This document shows, one piece after another, positions 14,526 to 27,071 of a stretch of 64,000 bases of DNA (positions are counted from its first letter, which is position 1; every line of letters starts with the position of its first letter). Location: positions 1,426,001-1,490,000 of the forward strand of contig NC_089436.1 in NCBI RefSeq assembly GCF_026210795.1, written 5' to 3'. The notes under the pieces were generated by a model. That model searched no databases, was not told the origin of the DNA, and worked only from the letters and a program-made list of their open reading frames with translations. The DNA is from Rhizophagus irregularis. Its lineage: Eukaryota. Made by a program: the position numbers and the translations under genes.

Positions 14526-14885
14526 GATTTAAAAAATCTAATTAAGAAAGAACAAGTTTTTTTAAAAAAGGAGATATATTGCTTTTTTAATTAAGAGACT
14601 CGAAAATCGTTATGTGAACAGTTTACAAAAAAACCGGCTCACAAAGAATGTGGCTTTCCAAGCAAAAGAAAGTTGCCTACGTAAATTCTAAATCAACTGT
14701 TTTAAATATCATTAATTTGAATTTACAGAGAAATTTTCCGAATTTACACTTAGTTGGTAAGGTTAATTTGAATTTTGTTCCACAACATTTACTCGGCAAA
14801 TAATCAGATGACGCAGAAGAAGTTAAATCATGAATGCTATTTAAAAGCTTCGGTTTTATTTTAGTGCTTAGACCAGCCTATTGCG

Positions 14886-16662
14886 ATGTTGCCAATTTTT
14901 AGTTCAACCAACTCGCCAAGGCTTACACCGAAAACATTTTTATCATGGCTAATAACAACAAGGCTCGTCAGAATAATTGTGATATCTTTTATCACATTCT
15001 CTGCGATTTTCTCCTTCACACATTTATTTAGAGGATTTTATTTTGGAAGATCTAAAATTTTACATCCCATATCGAGAACATATGGTAAGTAGTTAAATAT
15101 TGAAATTATTGATGTGATCCAAATATCAAAATAACTAACTCTTTTCTCTAAATCGATAGACACAAATCAGATTTCTCCGTTATCTGAAATGAATAATTTA
15201 TATAGATTTTCTAAAATGCATTCTAAAACTTCAAAGTTATTTACCGATAGTCTATACCCTTATTATTATCGTGCAGAGCGTACACCTGAATTAGACGACA
15301 TAACTGTCACTACTTTTGTATCTCAACAAGGTTTTGACGATTTAATAAGACTAGCCGAAGCTTGGCAAGGTAATTATCTTCGATTGTAAATACAATTAGG
15401 GTGCTGTCAGATATTACCTAATATTTTAAGGGGAGGGGGGGTAACTAAAGATCTTAGGTTATATACAATACTATATGAGGAATTATATATATAACATATC
15501 TTACCTGGGGGGGGTAAGCTCTTATATTAATATTAGGTAATATCTGACAGTGCCCTTACCAATTATTCTTAAATTAATTAAATGATATATTTTATAGGTC
15601 CTGTGTCAGCGGTTCTTCATGTGCCAACGGAAACACTTGATGACAAGGATCCGAGAATTGTAAATATTCTCGCAACATATAACGATCTATATAAAAGAAA
15701 TGCAATTCTTAAACAAAATGTTGATATTCATCTTTTAGCGGGTCCAGTATCTATCAATAATGTTACAATATTACCACGGCCTACTAATTTTCATTTCAAT
15801 ATTGCAAGATTTTTTGCTCGTTCAGAATTTGTATTATTTTTAGATCAAGATACATGGCCAACACAACGTGCACGAAAAATACTTAGAAAGCATAAAGAAA
15901 TTCTTTTGCAAAATGATATTCTTGTTTTACCTACATTTGTTTTTACTGAGCTTTCCACAAGCCATACAAGTAATGATTTTCCGCGTTCAATTGAAGAATT
16001 AACAAAATTAGCTAAACGGAAATATATGGGATTAAAAGATAGTGGTTGGTCGCTTAATAAAGGTCCAACAAGTTATGAAAATTGGTTGAAAAAAAAGGTA
16101 TATAATGTATCCGATTACGAAATGCATTATCAACCGAATTTTGTTGTAAGGCGAGGAAGAGAGCTTCCATGGTAAATTTAGAAAATATTCATTTTTTGTA
16201 ACTTAATTATTAAATAATAACGGTGATCTCTTTTTAGGTGTACCGAAAGATTTGATAATTTTGAGAACAGCAAAGCGGCATGCTTGCTCCAAATGTATAT
16301 AAGTGGGTCAGAATTATGGGTAATACCTGAAGCGTTTTTAATAGAATATCATTATAATCGACATTCATATCTTCTTAAACCTATAGAATCTAAATGGGAG
16401 GTTCGTATATTAAATTTGTGATTATTATTTATATAGTTTTTGTGATTCATTATTTTGCCTTTTATAGAAAACCATTAAAGATCGAATGTATACTAAATTC
16501 TTTCGAGAGGCATGTATTCATTACGCAAAAATATTAGATTCAATGGGCGAATGGAATACACCCAAAGCAAATCATGTTAAACAACAATGTGCTAGAATAA
16601 TAACGAATTGGGGTCTAGGTATAATTGATGGTTTAACTGCAGATAGTATTACAGTTCTTTAA
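14886..16662 (+). CDS. Type II membrane glycosyltransferase, GT49 (LARGE/B4GAT1-like)
   Basis: N-terminal TM; DDITVTT...WQGPVSAVLHV; NIARFFARSEFVLFLDQD (DxD); HYQPNFVV...PWCTERF...KAACL. 5 exons. Confidence 0.75.
15399..15555. mobile_element. PIF/Harbinger (Tourist-like) MITE in GT49 intron 2
   Basis: 27-bp TIR GGGTGCTGTCAGATATTACCTAATATT / revcomp GGGCACTGTCAGATATTACCTAATATT. TTA TSD. Related copy at 46956-47122. Confidence 0.9.
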
Positions 16663-16895
16663 TATTTAATATAATTCATATTTTATTTGTTCGCCTTTGT
16701 TAGTTAATTTAATATAGAATAAAATCTTTATATTAATTATTGTATAAGAGAGATTTGTAAAAATTAGTTGTTTAATTAAAATTATAATTAATACTAGTAT
16801 TAATTAAATTAATACAAATTAAAATAATCAATCCTTGGTAAATAATTATAACATATATATATATTGATAAATTTTACAAGTTAACCAACTGAAAA

Positions 16896-18878
16896 TTACT
16901 CTTTTGTTTCGATATCTCGAGATACGGATGTACCGGACCCATCCTTTAATGCTGATGTACTAGGTACATCTGTTAATTGATCTGATTTAATTTTTTCAGA
17001 GTCCTCTCTATTTCTACGAAACTCGATTATTAATTCTACGTGTTTGGCATGTGGAAAGAGATCCACCCCAATAGCTTTAACAGGTTTAAATGGTACTCCA
17101 TGAAAATCCTTATTTATGGGGCGACAAATGTCTACAAAATTCTGAATAGCTGCGTTATGATCGCATGAAATATAAATAAAATGATCAATTGCACGACATT
17201 TACGAAGTGCTTTAATAACATTCTTGTGAACTCCCGCACGTGGAGGATCTATGATTGCTACAGCAGTTCCAGAAGTTTTGTTACTGAAATTATGTAATGC
17301 AAATAAATTCTTCTCAACAGGTCCAAGAATGTATTCGGCATTATTTATCTCATTCAGAGAGGCATTTATTTTAGCGTCCTCTACAGCCTCCTCACAAAGC
17401 TCTATTCCAACAACCTCTTTAATTGTAGTTCCAAGACTTTTTGATAGAGCAATTCCGATAGTTCCTGTTCCACAGCACACATCTATCAATGTTGGTGACT
17501 CCGAGAAATCTTTTGGATCATATATTTCTTTAATGATATCTCCACATTGTTGATATAACAACTCTGCTGCTGCAGTGTTCGTTTGAAAAAATGCTCTGGG
17601 AGAAATTCGAAATCTACAATTCATCATCTCTTCATGAATAAATGGCGTGCCAAATATGCAATCAAGTGGATCTTCTGACATACCATTGCTTACACCACTG
17701 TATATTTGTACTAACAAAGACGTTAAATCAAAATTTTCTTCTTTAGCAAACATTTTGAAATATTCAGCAAGAGCACTCTTTTCTTGGTCAATTTGTTCTT
17801 TACTTAAACCTTGAGGATGTATTTGTATTATAATCATTATATTGCCACAGTTTTGTGACCTAACAGTTATTTGGCGCCAATTGCCCTGTTTTGTCTTACG
17901 ATCATATACGTCATATAAAGATTGTCGTATATAATTTTGCATGGCTTTCGCGATCTTTTTTGCTATATCACTAACATGGATTGAATTATCTGGTTCAAGA
18001 ACAGAATTATGACCATCTTTATAGGCTCCTAATAAAAATCCGACTGTTTTTTCTCCTTTCAGATTTAATCCTGCGGTGAACTCACATTTATTTCTATACC
18101 CTTTCAATACTGGCGAATGTATCATTGGTTTAAGATCTAAAGGAAGCTTGAAATCAAACTCTTCTTGTAGCCATGAAGAATGATATTGACTTTTATTATA
18201 TAACTCATCCATTTTATCGCGGAATGTCTCAAGGGATTTTATAATCCCTCTTTGTTTAATTTCCAATTGAGCTTGATACTCATAAATATGTAAAGGTGTT
18301 ACTTGATCCGCTAGCATTTCTTCCGGTGATTTTTGTATACCAGATTGTTCGATATTTTGCTGTTTTTCATTTTTTCGTCTATCAAATAATGCCTGTCTAT
18401 CTTTTTCCGTAACATTATCTACTTGTATAGATAATTCTCTATTTTTGAATTTAATTCCTTTTAATTTATTCAATACATAATATTGTTGTTCTTCCGTTTT
18501 TAAAGTTGCAAAACAATAATCCCATTTTGGAGCTTTTTGTATTTTAACCTGTTCACATCCATTCTTCGCCAATAATTCTTTCATCATTTTAGATGATGCG
18601 AATTTCGGTACATTTTTAATTCGCAGCCTATACTGAGTTCCATCTTCAGGCTTTACTGATTCTGGAATTACACTGTCTAATGGTTTTTTTGATACGAGCG
18701 TAGTATCTTCTATAATATCGGAACTTTCCATAACTTCCGTAGGCGAGGTTCGATCCAGGTTAATATAAAAAAAGCTTCTTTTCTGGACACGCAATAACAA
18801 CAGACTAATTTTGCTATTGTCGAATGATAATTTAGCCACTAAGATTCGCTTTGTAAAGCGAATATTGTGAAAATACAT
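16896..18878 (-). CDS. TRM2: tRNA (uracil-5-)-methyltransferase TRM2/TRMT2A-like with N-terminal RRM
   Basis: RRM, QVTPL...Y..QL, YRNKCEF, ISPRAFFQTN, DVCCGTGTIG, IIDPPRAG, YISC, DLFPH..HVE. Start uncertain (18920, 18878 or 18731). Confidence 0.92.
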   Translation of the reverse strand: MYFHNIRFTKRILVAKLSFDNSKISLLLLRVQKRSFFYINLDRTSPTEVMESSDIIEDTTLVSKKPLDSVIPESVKPEDGTQYRLRIKNVPKFASSKMMKELLAKNGCEQVKIQKAPKWDYCFATLKTEEQQYYVLNKLKGIKFKNRELSIQVDNVTEKDRQALFDRRKNEKQQNIEQSGIQKSPEEMLADQVTPLHIYEYQAQLEIKQRGIIKSLETFRDKMDELYNKSQYHSSWLQEEFDFKLPLDLKPMIHSPVLKGYRNKCEFTAGLNLKGEKTVGFLLGAYKDGHNSVLEPDNSIHVSDIAKKIAKAMQNYIRQSLYDVYDRKTKQGNWRQITVRSQNCGNIMIIIQIHPQGLSKEQIDQEKSALAEYFKMFAKEENFDLTSLLVQIYSGVSNGMSEDPLDCIFGTPFIHEEMMNCRFRISPRAFFQTNTAAAELLYQQCGDIIKEIYDPKDFSESPTLIDVCCGTGTIGIALSKSLGTTIKEVVGIELCEEAVEDAKINASLNEINNAEYILGPVEKNLFALHNFSNKTSGTAVAIIDPPRAGVHKNVIKALRKCRAIDHFIYISCDHNAAIQNFVDICRPINKDFHGVPFKPVKAIGVDLFPHAKHVELIIEFRRNREDSEKIKSDQLTDVPSTSALKDGSGTSVSRDIETKE

Positions 18879-19414
18879 CAAAAATTCGAAGATCAGAGCT
18901 AAATAATTGGTAAATAACATCTGATTGATTTACGTACGATATAACTTTTTATTTTATTTATACTTGCTGTATTTTGTATTTGCTATTACAGAGCGCAATA
19001 ATAGAAATTAAACTCAATTTTCAAAGCAGAAAGAACAAACCACCTAGTGTTTTAATTTCGAATAAAAAAAGGCATCAGTTATCGATAGTACATTCAAATC
19101 TTCACTTATATTGAATCCAATTTATTTACAAGCCAAAATGACAATAAACTTTTACACCCTAACGAGCTTGCATTAAGTAAATTCCTTTGATACAATTATT
19201 GTAAATTTTTATTAGTCGCGGTTATGTTATTAATCAATTTAATATAACGAGTAAGATAGTGTTATAAATTTGGTTAAAAGTTTTTATTTCGTAAAAGTGA
19301 ATTATCCAATTTATACTCTTAAATCACGTGTCCACTAATCCATTATCCATTATTCAATAATTAGTATTTACAAAAAGTTTTTAACCGGAAAAAATCAAAA
19401 TGTAAATTGCTGGC

Positions 19415-22412
19415 TTATTTGCGGCCGCCGCGGCCACGACTTCTACGACTCGCACCACGTTCTCCACGATTACCTCCACGATTACCTCCACGATTACCTC
19501 CACGACCACCTCGACCACCTCCACGACCACCTCCACGACCTACGGAAGGTTGGATAATGAGGCGATCCTTTGCAAGATCATCATCATCATCAATTACGTC
19601 GTCGTCATCAGGAACTACTTCCTCTTCAATAAAATCATCCATATCAGCAGTTATAACAGGCCTGGACTTAGTTGTAATCACGCTCGATATATTTAAGAAG
19701 GGAAGAGGGTGTGAACTGGCATTATATCTGTTTTAACAAAAAAAAAAGGAGTATATCAATTATTAATATAGGATAAAATGTTTGAGATTTGTATAATAAT
19801 CCCAATACTTACTTCTTTGTAAAGGTAGACTTTAAGCCGCTGGCGATTTCAGAAGGTTTATAGTGTGTTTGATCATCCTTAAATTCCATGATAACATCGA
19901 ATTGTTCTTTGGTTATCATGTATTGATCCATAATTTTAATGGTATCATTCACACCTTCAGTTTTTTGGTCAACCAAAGGTTTAATGAGAGCTTTTCGAAG
20001 AGTAGGAATGTAACTTTCGCGAACTTCACTTCTATCAGCGGAAATTTTAGTTCGCATGTGACTTTGAATTTCTTTCAATTGACGGTGAATCTTGATTGCT
20101 TTAGAATTTTGTCCTAGCCAGCTTGGAAATTTATATTGACCAAATTGACCTCCTTTACTATAACCATGAACGTAATATGCAGGCGCAATAGTAGAAAAGA
20201 ATCCATGGATTGGCATAAGATTCCATTCTTGTTGTGGTCCATGAATTCTTTTATTAACCATATCTCCGCAAGACATGGCATCAGCGGCTTTTACAAAAGC
20301 TTCCAGAGATGCAAGTTTTTCTAAAGTATCTGGTTTTATATCTCCATTATCATATTCTTTAACAAACTTAGGAATAGTGTGAGGTTTCATTTTTATATAA
20401 TTTTCAAAAATCATTAAAGGAGCTAGATCGTGTTCTTGGAAATAAAGTTTCATTTTATCATTAAAAGTATTCTTACGAGATTTCCAGATATCATTGCCCA
20501 AAAAATCTTTAGCTATTTCAAAGATATTTTTTTTAAGATGTTTCTCATTATTTTTGTTTAAACCCTTTATTTCATCATAATTAATACTATCATGATTAAT
20601 CTTCCATGTGGATAGCAAGTTTAAAATTTGACGAATATCGGAATTAGCTCCTCTAATGAGTTCGTCTACGTCCGTTGATTGAATCTGTAAATTCTCCCTC
20701 GTTGCAATTGTCATAATTCTTGATCTGACTTGTTCAACCCGAGGTTTGCTGAACTTCAACTCATGACAATAAGGCCTTAATGATTTGAGTTTTTGAGCAT
20801 TAATGTCATTGCAGATGCAAATTATGGGTACTTTTGTTTTCTTGATTAATTGAATTAGTTCAGCGATACCACCCTTGTCACCAGCAGACATACCATCGAT
20901 TTCATCCATTAAGATAAGTGTTTTCTTTTTTTGTGCCTCATTTGCATGCTCCTTACTTGAAGATTTATCATTGAATGGTTGGAAAAAACCAGTAATAGAC
21001 GTATTTTTTGTTGCTACTTTGATAACAGTATCCAATTGTTTTTTGCTTCGAGTGTCACTAGCATTAAGCTCAATCACATCGTACCCTTGAGTATTTGCAA
21101 CAAGATGAACAGATGATGTCTTTCCGATTCCGGGAGAACCAGCAATTAACAATGCAGCCATCCATTCTTTGTTCTTAAATTTGAAACCTTTTTTATCCCA
21201 TACGCCAAGCCATTTTTCCATATCTTTTACGAGATTTTGATTACCACAAAAATCCCTGAAAAGTTTAGGTCGATACTTTTCTGTCCACAATTGTGCGACA
21301 GTTTCGGAGGCCTTAGATGAGGCAGGTGAAGCGACTGCAGTAATTGCATCAGAAATTTTTGTAATAGGAGCTTTGGACTTAGAAGTTTTTGATTTTTGAG
21401 ATTTATTTATATCAACATCAGATTTCCTGGGAGAAGTTCTAATCAACTCTAAAAGCTGATCCTCGTTTAAAGTTTTAATTTTAAATTGTTTAACTTTTTC
21501 CATTTTCTTCGGTCCTGGATCTTGTCCGACTATAACATATGAAGTTTTAGAACTAGGCTGTGAAGTAACACGCCCTCCATGACGTTTAACAAGATCTTGA
21601 GCTTCTTCACGGTCCATAGATAAATCGCCAGTAAAAACAAAGGTTTTACCATATAAGCACATTTCTTCACCTTGAGGTATTTCTTTTGATTCTGGAGTCG
21701 TTGGATCAGCTTTATTCAAATTAGACCGATCTACTATGATATCAGGTGAATCATTGTCTTCAACTTTTATCGATGTGGTACCGATCTCCGAGTTATCTTG
21801 AACGATACCCTTTTCATCATCTTCATCTTCCATATTCAATCTTTTTGATCGGGGCGTTTTAATAGCACGATTACTAGAAGGTTTATATGCTGCTTCTTTT
21901 TGTTCACGTTTCGTTTTCTTGGGGGGTGACTGTGATTTTGATTCTTCTTCTAATACAAAATCGTCATCATCATCAATCTTTTTTGAGCGTTTTTTGGTTA
22001 CTGCTTTTGGCGTTACTTCTGTGGTTTTTCTTGATCGCCTAGGAGTAGTAAATATTTCTGGGTTTTCTGAGGTGCTTTGAGGAGGAGATGTTTCATCGTC
22101 AATTTTCATCGTCACAAAATCATCTTCCTTATTAGATTTTGGTGTATCAGAACGCTCCCGTTCTTTCTTAGTTGTTGGCTCATCAACTTTGGTGTTTTTT
22201 CGGTTAAGCCGAGTTGATTGACGTGTTGGAGTAGAAGTATTAGATTTTGAAGCAGAATTTTCTTGTGAAGTAGAAGTTCTAGAGGCCTTATGATCACCGA
22301 GTTCGTCGTCAGAATCCTGGATCCTACGCTTGGAACTCCCCTTTTTTGTAGTAGTCTTTTTTCCTAGCTTTTTATTCGCGTTTGGTGCGGAGAAATAATT
22401 ACGGATATCCAT
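19415..22412 (-). CDS. RFC1: Replication factor C subunit 1 (2 exons)
   Basis: MDIRNYF start, BRCT (GKTFVFTG...GGRVT), LWTEKYRP, Walker A GSPGIGKTS, ELNASDTRS, Walker B MDEIDGM, FPSWLGQNS. Intron ~19812-19728. Confidence 0.97.
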
Positions 22413-23547
22413 TATGAAATTACAAACTATATTCAACTTTTAAAAAAGAAAAAGAAAATATGTAAAATCTTTTTTGCTCTCGTGAGAAATTTATAATTAA
22501 TTCGTGTTTCTGATTTAGATAAAATATTTTATCTGTTTCTAAATAAGGAATTGTAAAATTGCTCCTCACCGGAAAAGGAAATTTTTCCGTCAACTCCAAG
22601 CAACACGAGTCTTACACAATATTATCACGTGATTTTTTCGTTGTACATACCTAAATATCAAAAATCAAATACCTAATAATTATTAGAATTTATAACTGAC
22701 GTTAATTGTAGTAGCTAGATATGTTAATGATTGTACCCAAAATAGGCTTATCAATTGAATATCACAAAATTGGGCGGAATTGATAAATTATTAATTTAAA
22801 GTTTCACTGTATTATATTATTAAGGGTGATTTTTTTGCGGCGTAAAAAATTTATTTCTACTTTCTTATAATTTGCTGCGAGATGTAAATATACGCATTCA
22901 ACGCATGGTTTATTTTAATAGATGAAAATTTTTTTGCCACTTTTACTTAAATTGAGATACTCATTTATGTTTCGTCGGCAAACCCGCATTTAATCAAATA
23001 ATGAACAATTATTTTATTCTACTAAATTTGGACAAAAGTATCCTGGTTAACTCCGACAACTCCTTATTGAAAAAAAAAAGAAAAAGAAAATCAACGTTAT
23101 AAGAAAAAAATGGTTCTTTGTCCAACAATAGGTTAATGGTTATGACTTTACCGCAAATACTTTAGTTTAAAATTTAAATATTTATAGTTTTATTCGTATA
23201 AAGCTCTAAATGAAAAAACACTAATATAAGGTTAGAAAAATATCCAAAAATAAATGTTGTGAAATATATGAAATATTTGAATATGTATGGAAATATCCTG
23301 CTGTGAATCTTTCTCTATTTGGTATTTTGGCTAGTCTGAACCAAGTATAAATTGTCTATCTCAATTTAATGTTCCTTTCAATTATTTTTTTTTTGTAAAT
23401 TTCCCTTCATTAATGTTTCATTTTTATTATAATTCTTGTATTTAATCTGTTCGTTCCGCCTTTTCAAACGCTAGTAAGCCGGGCTAGCTCTTTAATAATA
23501 ATAAATATAAAGTTTATTTTTCCAATTATTGAAAATTGTTTGTTTAA

Positions 23548-24954
23548 ATGGGTTGCCATTCCAGCAAACATTTACCCCGTGAATTAACAGAAATAGATCC
23601 TTTACCTACTAAAATTTGTCCAGCATGTAAACAACAACATACACAACGTGGATGGTGTCAGCCATGCGAAATAAAACGATTTAAAGAAGATTTTCATAAT
23701 TGGACAAGTGGAAACAATGACCTTGATAATATAATTAGACATTCTCAATTAAATACAACAGGTCCTCTAATGTTTTTAGAATGGATACCTTATGATAAAT
23801 TTGAAAATATCAAAGAAATAGATCGAGGTGGTTTCGGTGTTGTATACAAGGCAACTTGGGATCTTGGGCCTAAATTGTATTGGGATGATTCAAGACGTTA
23901 TTGGGTGCGTGAGGGTGAAAAACAGGTTGTTCTTAAACGTTTGCATAATTCTAATAATGCGAATGCAGAATTTTGGAATGAGGTATGTTAAATTATATCC
24001 TTAAATAATTTTGAATAAGAAAAAAATTATAAATATTTTTATTTTTAGCTCGACCGTCATCGATACAAACAAAATAAGTATATTCCTCGTTGTTATGGAT
24101 TTAGTAGATGCCCATCTACAAAAGATTATGTATTAGTGCTCGAATTAGTGGATGGAGATTTGAGGCATCATCTCAAGAAAAATTTCATAGATATTACATG
24201 GGAAAAAAAGCTGGGGATTGTTTATAACATTGCACACGGACTAATGACAATTCATAACGCTGGTTTAATTCATAGAAACTTTCACACCGGTAATATACTA
24301 AGACATTTTAATGGATCACAATTCTTAACTTATATTACAGATTTGGGACAATATAGACCTGCAAACAAACAAAATTACGATGACGTATATGGAGTTTTAG
24401 CTTATGTGGCCCCCGAAGTTTTACGTGGTGAAGAATATACTGAGGCCTCTGACGTATATAGTTTTAGTATAATTATGTGGGAAATTGCATCAGGGCAGAA
24501 GCCATTTTATGATCGTCCACATAATGCGGAACTCGCACGGGAAATATGTAATGGGCTTCGACCATCAATAATAATGGAAACTCCACAATGCTATGTCGAG
24601 CTTATGGAAAAATGCTGGAATGCAGACCCTAAAGAACGTCCAGATATTAGAGAGTTGGAAAAATCCTTGATGTCATGGGGCTGGCATATGGGAATGTCAC
24701 AGAAACATAGCGTATCTGATCAATTTATTTCTGCTGAGAAAGAAAGATTGCGATTATTAGAACACCTCGGTTCTCAGCTAGAACCCTTCAAGAAACCGCA
24801 TCCAGAATCTTTTTATAAAAGCCGTCTTTTGAACTTTCCCGATTTACCAAAACCTCGAAATCTTTACGATAGCACCAGTGATTCTAAAGATCAAATTCAT
24901 TCGATTTCTGGAATTTCTAGTGATGATGATAATACTGTAACTAAATATCAATGA
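23548..24954 (+). CDS. Tyrosine-kinase-like protein kinase domain protein, probable pseudokinase (2 exons)
   Basis: WTSGNNDLDNII...EWIPY pre-kinase segment, GGFGVVYKA, VVLK, HRNFHTGN, DLG, YVAPE, SDVYSF. Intron 23983-24048. Confidence 0.9.
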
Positions 24955-26282
24955 AACTTTGTTCAAGAAATGGCTTAAATACCTTCGAAAATTGCTCCTA
25001 ACAAATCCAACTTACAGTGAGGAAGACTTCAAAGAAGGCACAGATTAATTTCAAAGTTGTAGTTGGTTATAATTTATGAAACTGGACTAACCTGTAATTA
25101 CTGTGTATTATAACTTTTATCTTATAGTAAGTTTCATAATGATCAGGGGTGGGCTTTATTTGTGAATTATTGAACATTTGTTGAGTTAATTTCTTTTATT
25201 TAACTTTAATTTCTTTCTTTTGGAAAAAAAAAAAAAAATCTTACAAAAAGATAACAAATATGGAATTAATAAGGGAAGAACCAATTTAAAATACTAAAGT
25301 TTCGTATTTGATTAATTTATTTTCCTTGAACATTTCCGGACAATTTTATTTATAACTATTTTAGATTTATGAACATTTCATTTTCTCATTCATAATTAGA
25401 ATACTAATTACATTAATCTCTCAAATTTGTAAATTAGACATTAAAATTTTTTTTTTTAAATATTTTTTTTATTGTATTTTTAGAATAATGTTTAACTTTC
25501 TTAATTATTTTCACTTTTATTGAAAAAAATAGATATACAATGCACATAATTTCACATAAAAATAAATTATAATGAATAATTAATGGTTTATTATATTCAT
25601 TGAAATAAATGGATAATTCACATTTATCTAACAATATAATTAATTTCTAAGATATTTACCACTGGAATTTGATTAATAATAACATTAGTTAATAGCAATA
25701 TGTTTGTAATTTTAAAAAAATAAAAACGCTTTGCACAATATTTAGTAATATATACTATAGTAATTTAATAGATTAGAACCTAGAACTTTCAATTAAATTA
25801 GAATAAAAAAAAAATAAAGTTAAAAAGATTTGCAATTATTTGTTTAGCAATAAAGAGATAAAGAGATTATCGATATTTTACAATTATTTGAATATAAATA
25901 TTAGTGGTTAAAAAATGTATTAGTAAATTCAGCAGTTTTAATTAATAATTTAGTAGTTCATTTTAAAATTTTTATATTTTTTCTTTTGCATTACTGGTAA
26001 AGTTAACAAAAAGTATCATTTTTTATTATTCATTTCCTAAAAAATATATATATATTTTCTCTATAATACATGTGAAGTTGAATAATGAAATGGAAAAAGT
26101 CAGTAAATTATTTTATCTAACATTGTATTAATCACATAATACCATAATAATTGGAATTCTTAATTATAATGAGAAATTTATTTATATTATTACTGATACA
26201 ATAAAAAAATTGTTTTTTAATTATCTAATTTGACATGAAATTTTTTATATTATTTTTTTAAATGTATTTAATTATAAACTTT

Positions 26283-27071
26283 TCAGATCTAAAAAAAAAG
26301 AGAGATTCAAAAATTAGCAATTTAACAAAAAATGCGTAAATTTTAACTAAAAAAAGTTAAGGGAAATACCTCATCAATATCGAAATCGACATCACCATCT
26401 TCTTGACCAAAAGTGTCGGTTTCATTAATTTTAGCTAATAAAAACAAAAAAGGTTGTAAATAATTATATAAGTAAGAACTCAAAGATTCCGAAAAGATAA
26501 TCATTATACCATTTTCCGGTAATTCGCCATATGTTTTTAAATTTCTGGCTTCTTCAGTTGTATATTTTAAAATAACGTCGGCTTTGGCGTCTTGATAATC
26601 ACGAAGAGAAATCAAAATAATATCTCCTTGATTGATCCATACCTTGAGATAAAAGTATTAATAAAAAGATATTAGATAAAAAAAATATCATATTGGTAAA
26701 CTCCTTTACCTTTTTCCGTAGTTTTCCACGGATATGTGCTAAGCGTTTCTCGCCATCAAAGCATTGAGCTTCTAAACGACCATTACCTAACATTTTTACC
26801 ACTTGTGCATATTCTATTATTGAGATTAGAAAAATTGAAAGGTATTAAATTAGAAAAGTAATTAATTTCCTCCAAATAATAAAAATTACTAGTATTTAAA
26901 ATTACCTTGACCATCCTCCTTAAAGATCAATTCTCTTTTTTCAGATTCGTTTTCGTTCTTACCCCTTCGTCTATTTTTTCCTCCCTAAAAAGCGATCAAA
27001 TTTGTTAAATCAAGTTTTAATGGATATAATTTCCAAAGTTATTCACTCACTTTTCCTTTATTTTTGGGCAT
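26283..27071 (-). CDS. eIF1A: Eukaryotic translation initiation factor 1A (6 exons)
   Basis: [47 protein letters not shown]...[19 protein letters not shown]...DFDIDEI*. Confidence 0.98.

Noticed and set aside
19407..19736. Pro/Arg-rich + strand ORF
   Set aside because: Antisense shadow of the RFC1 RGG exon.
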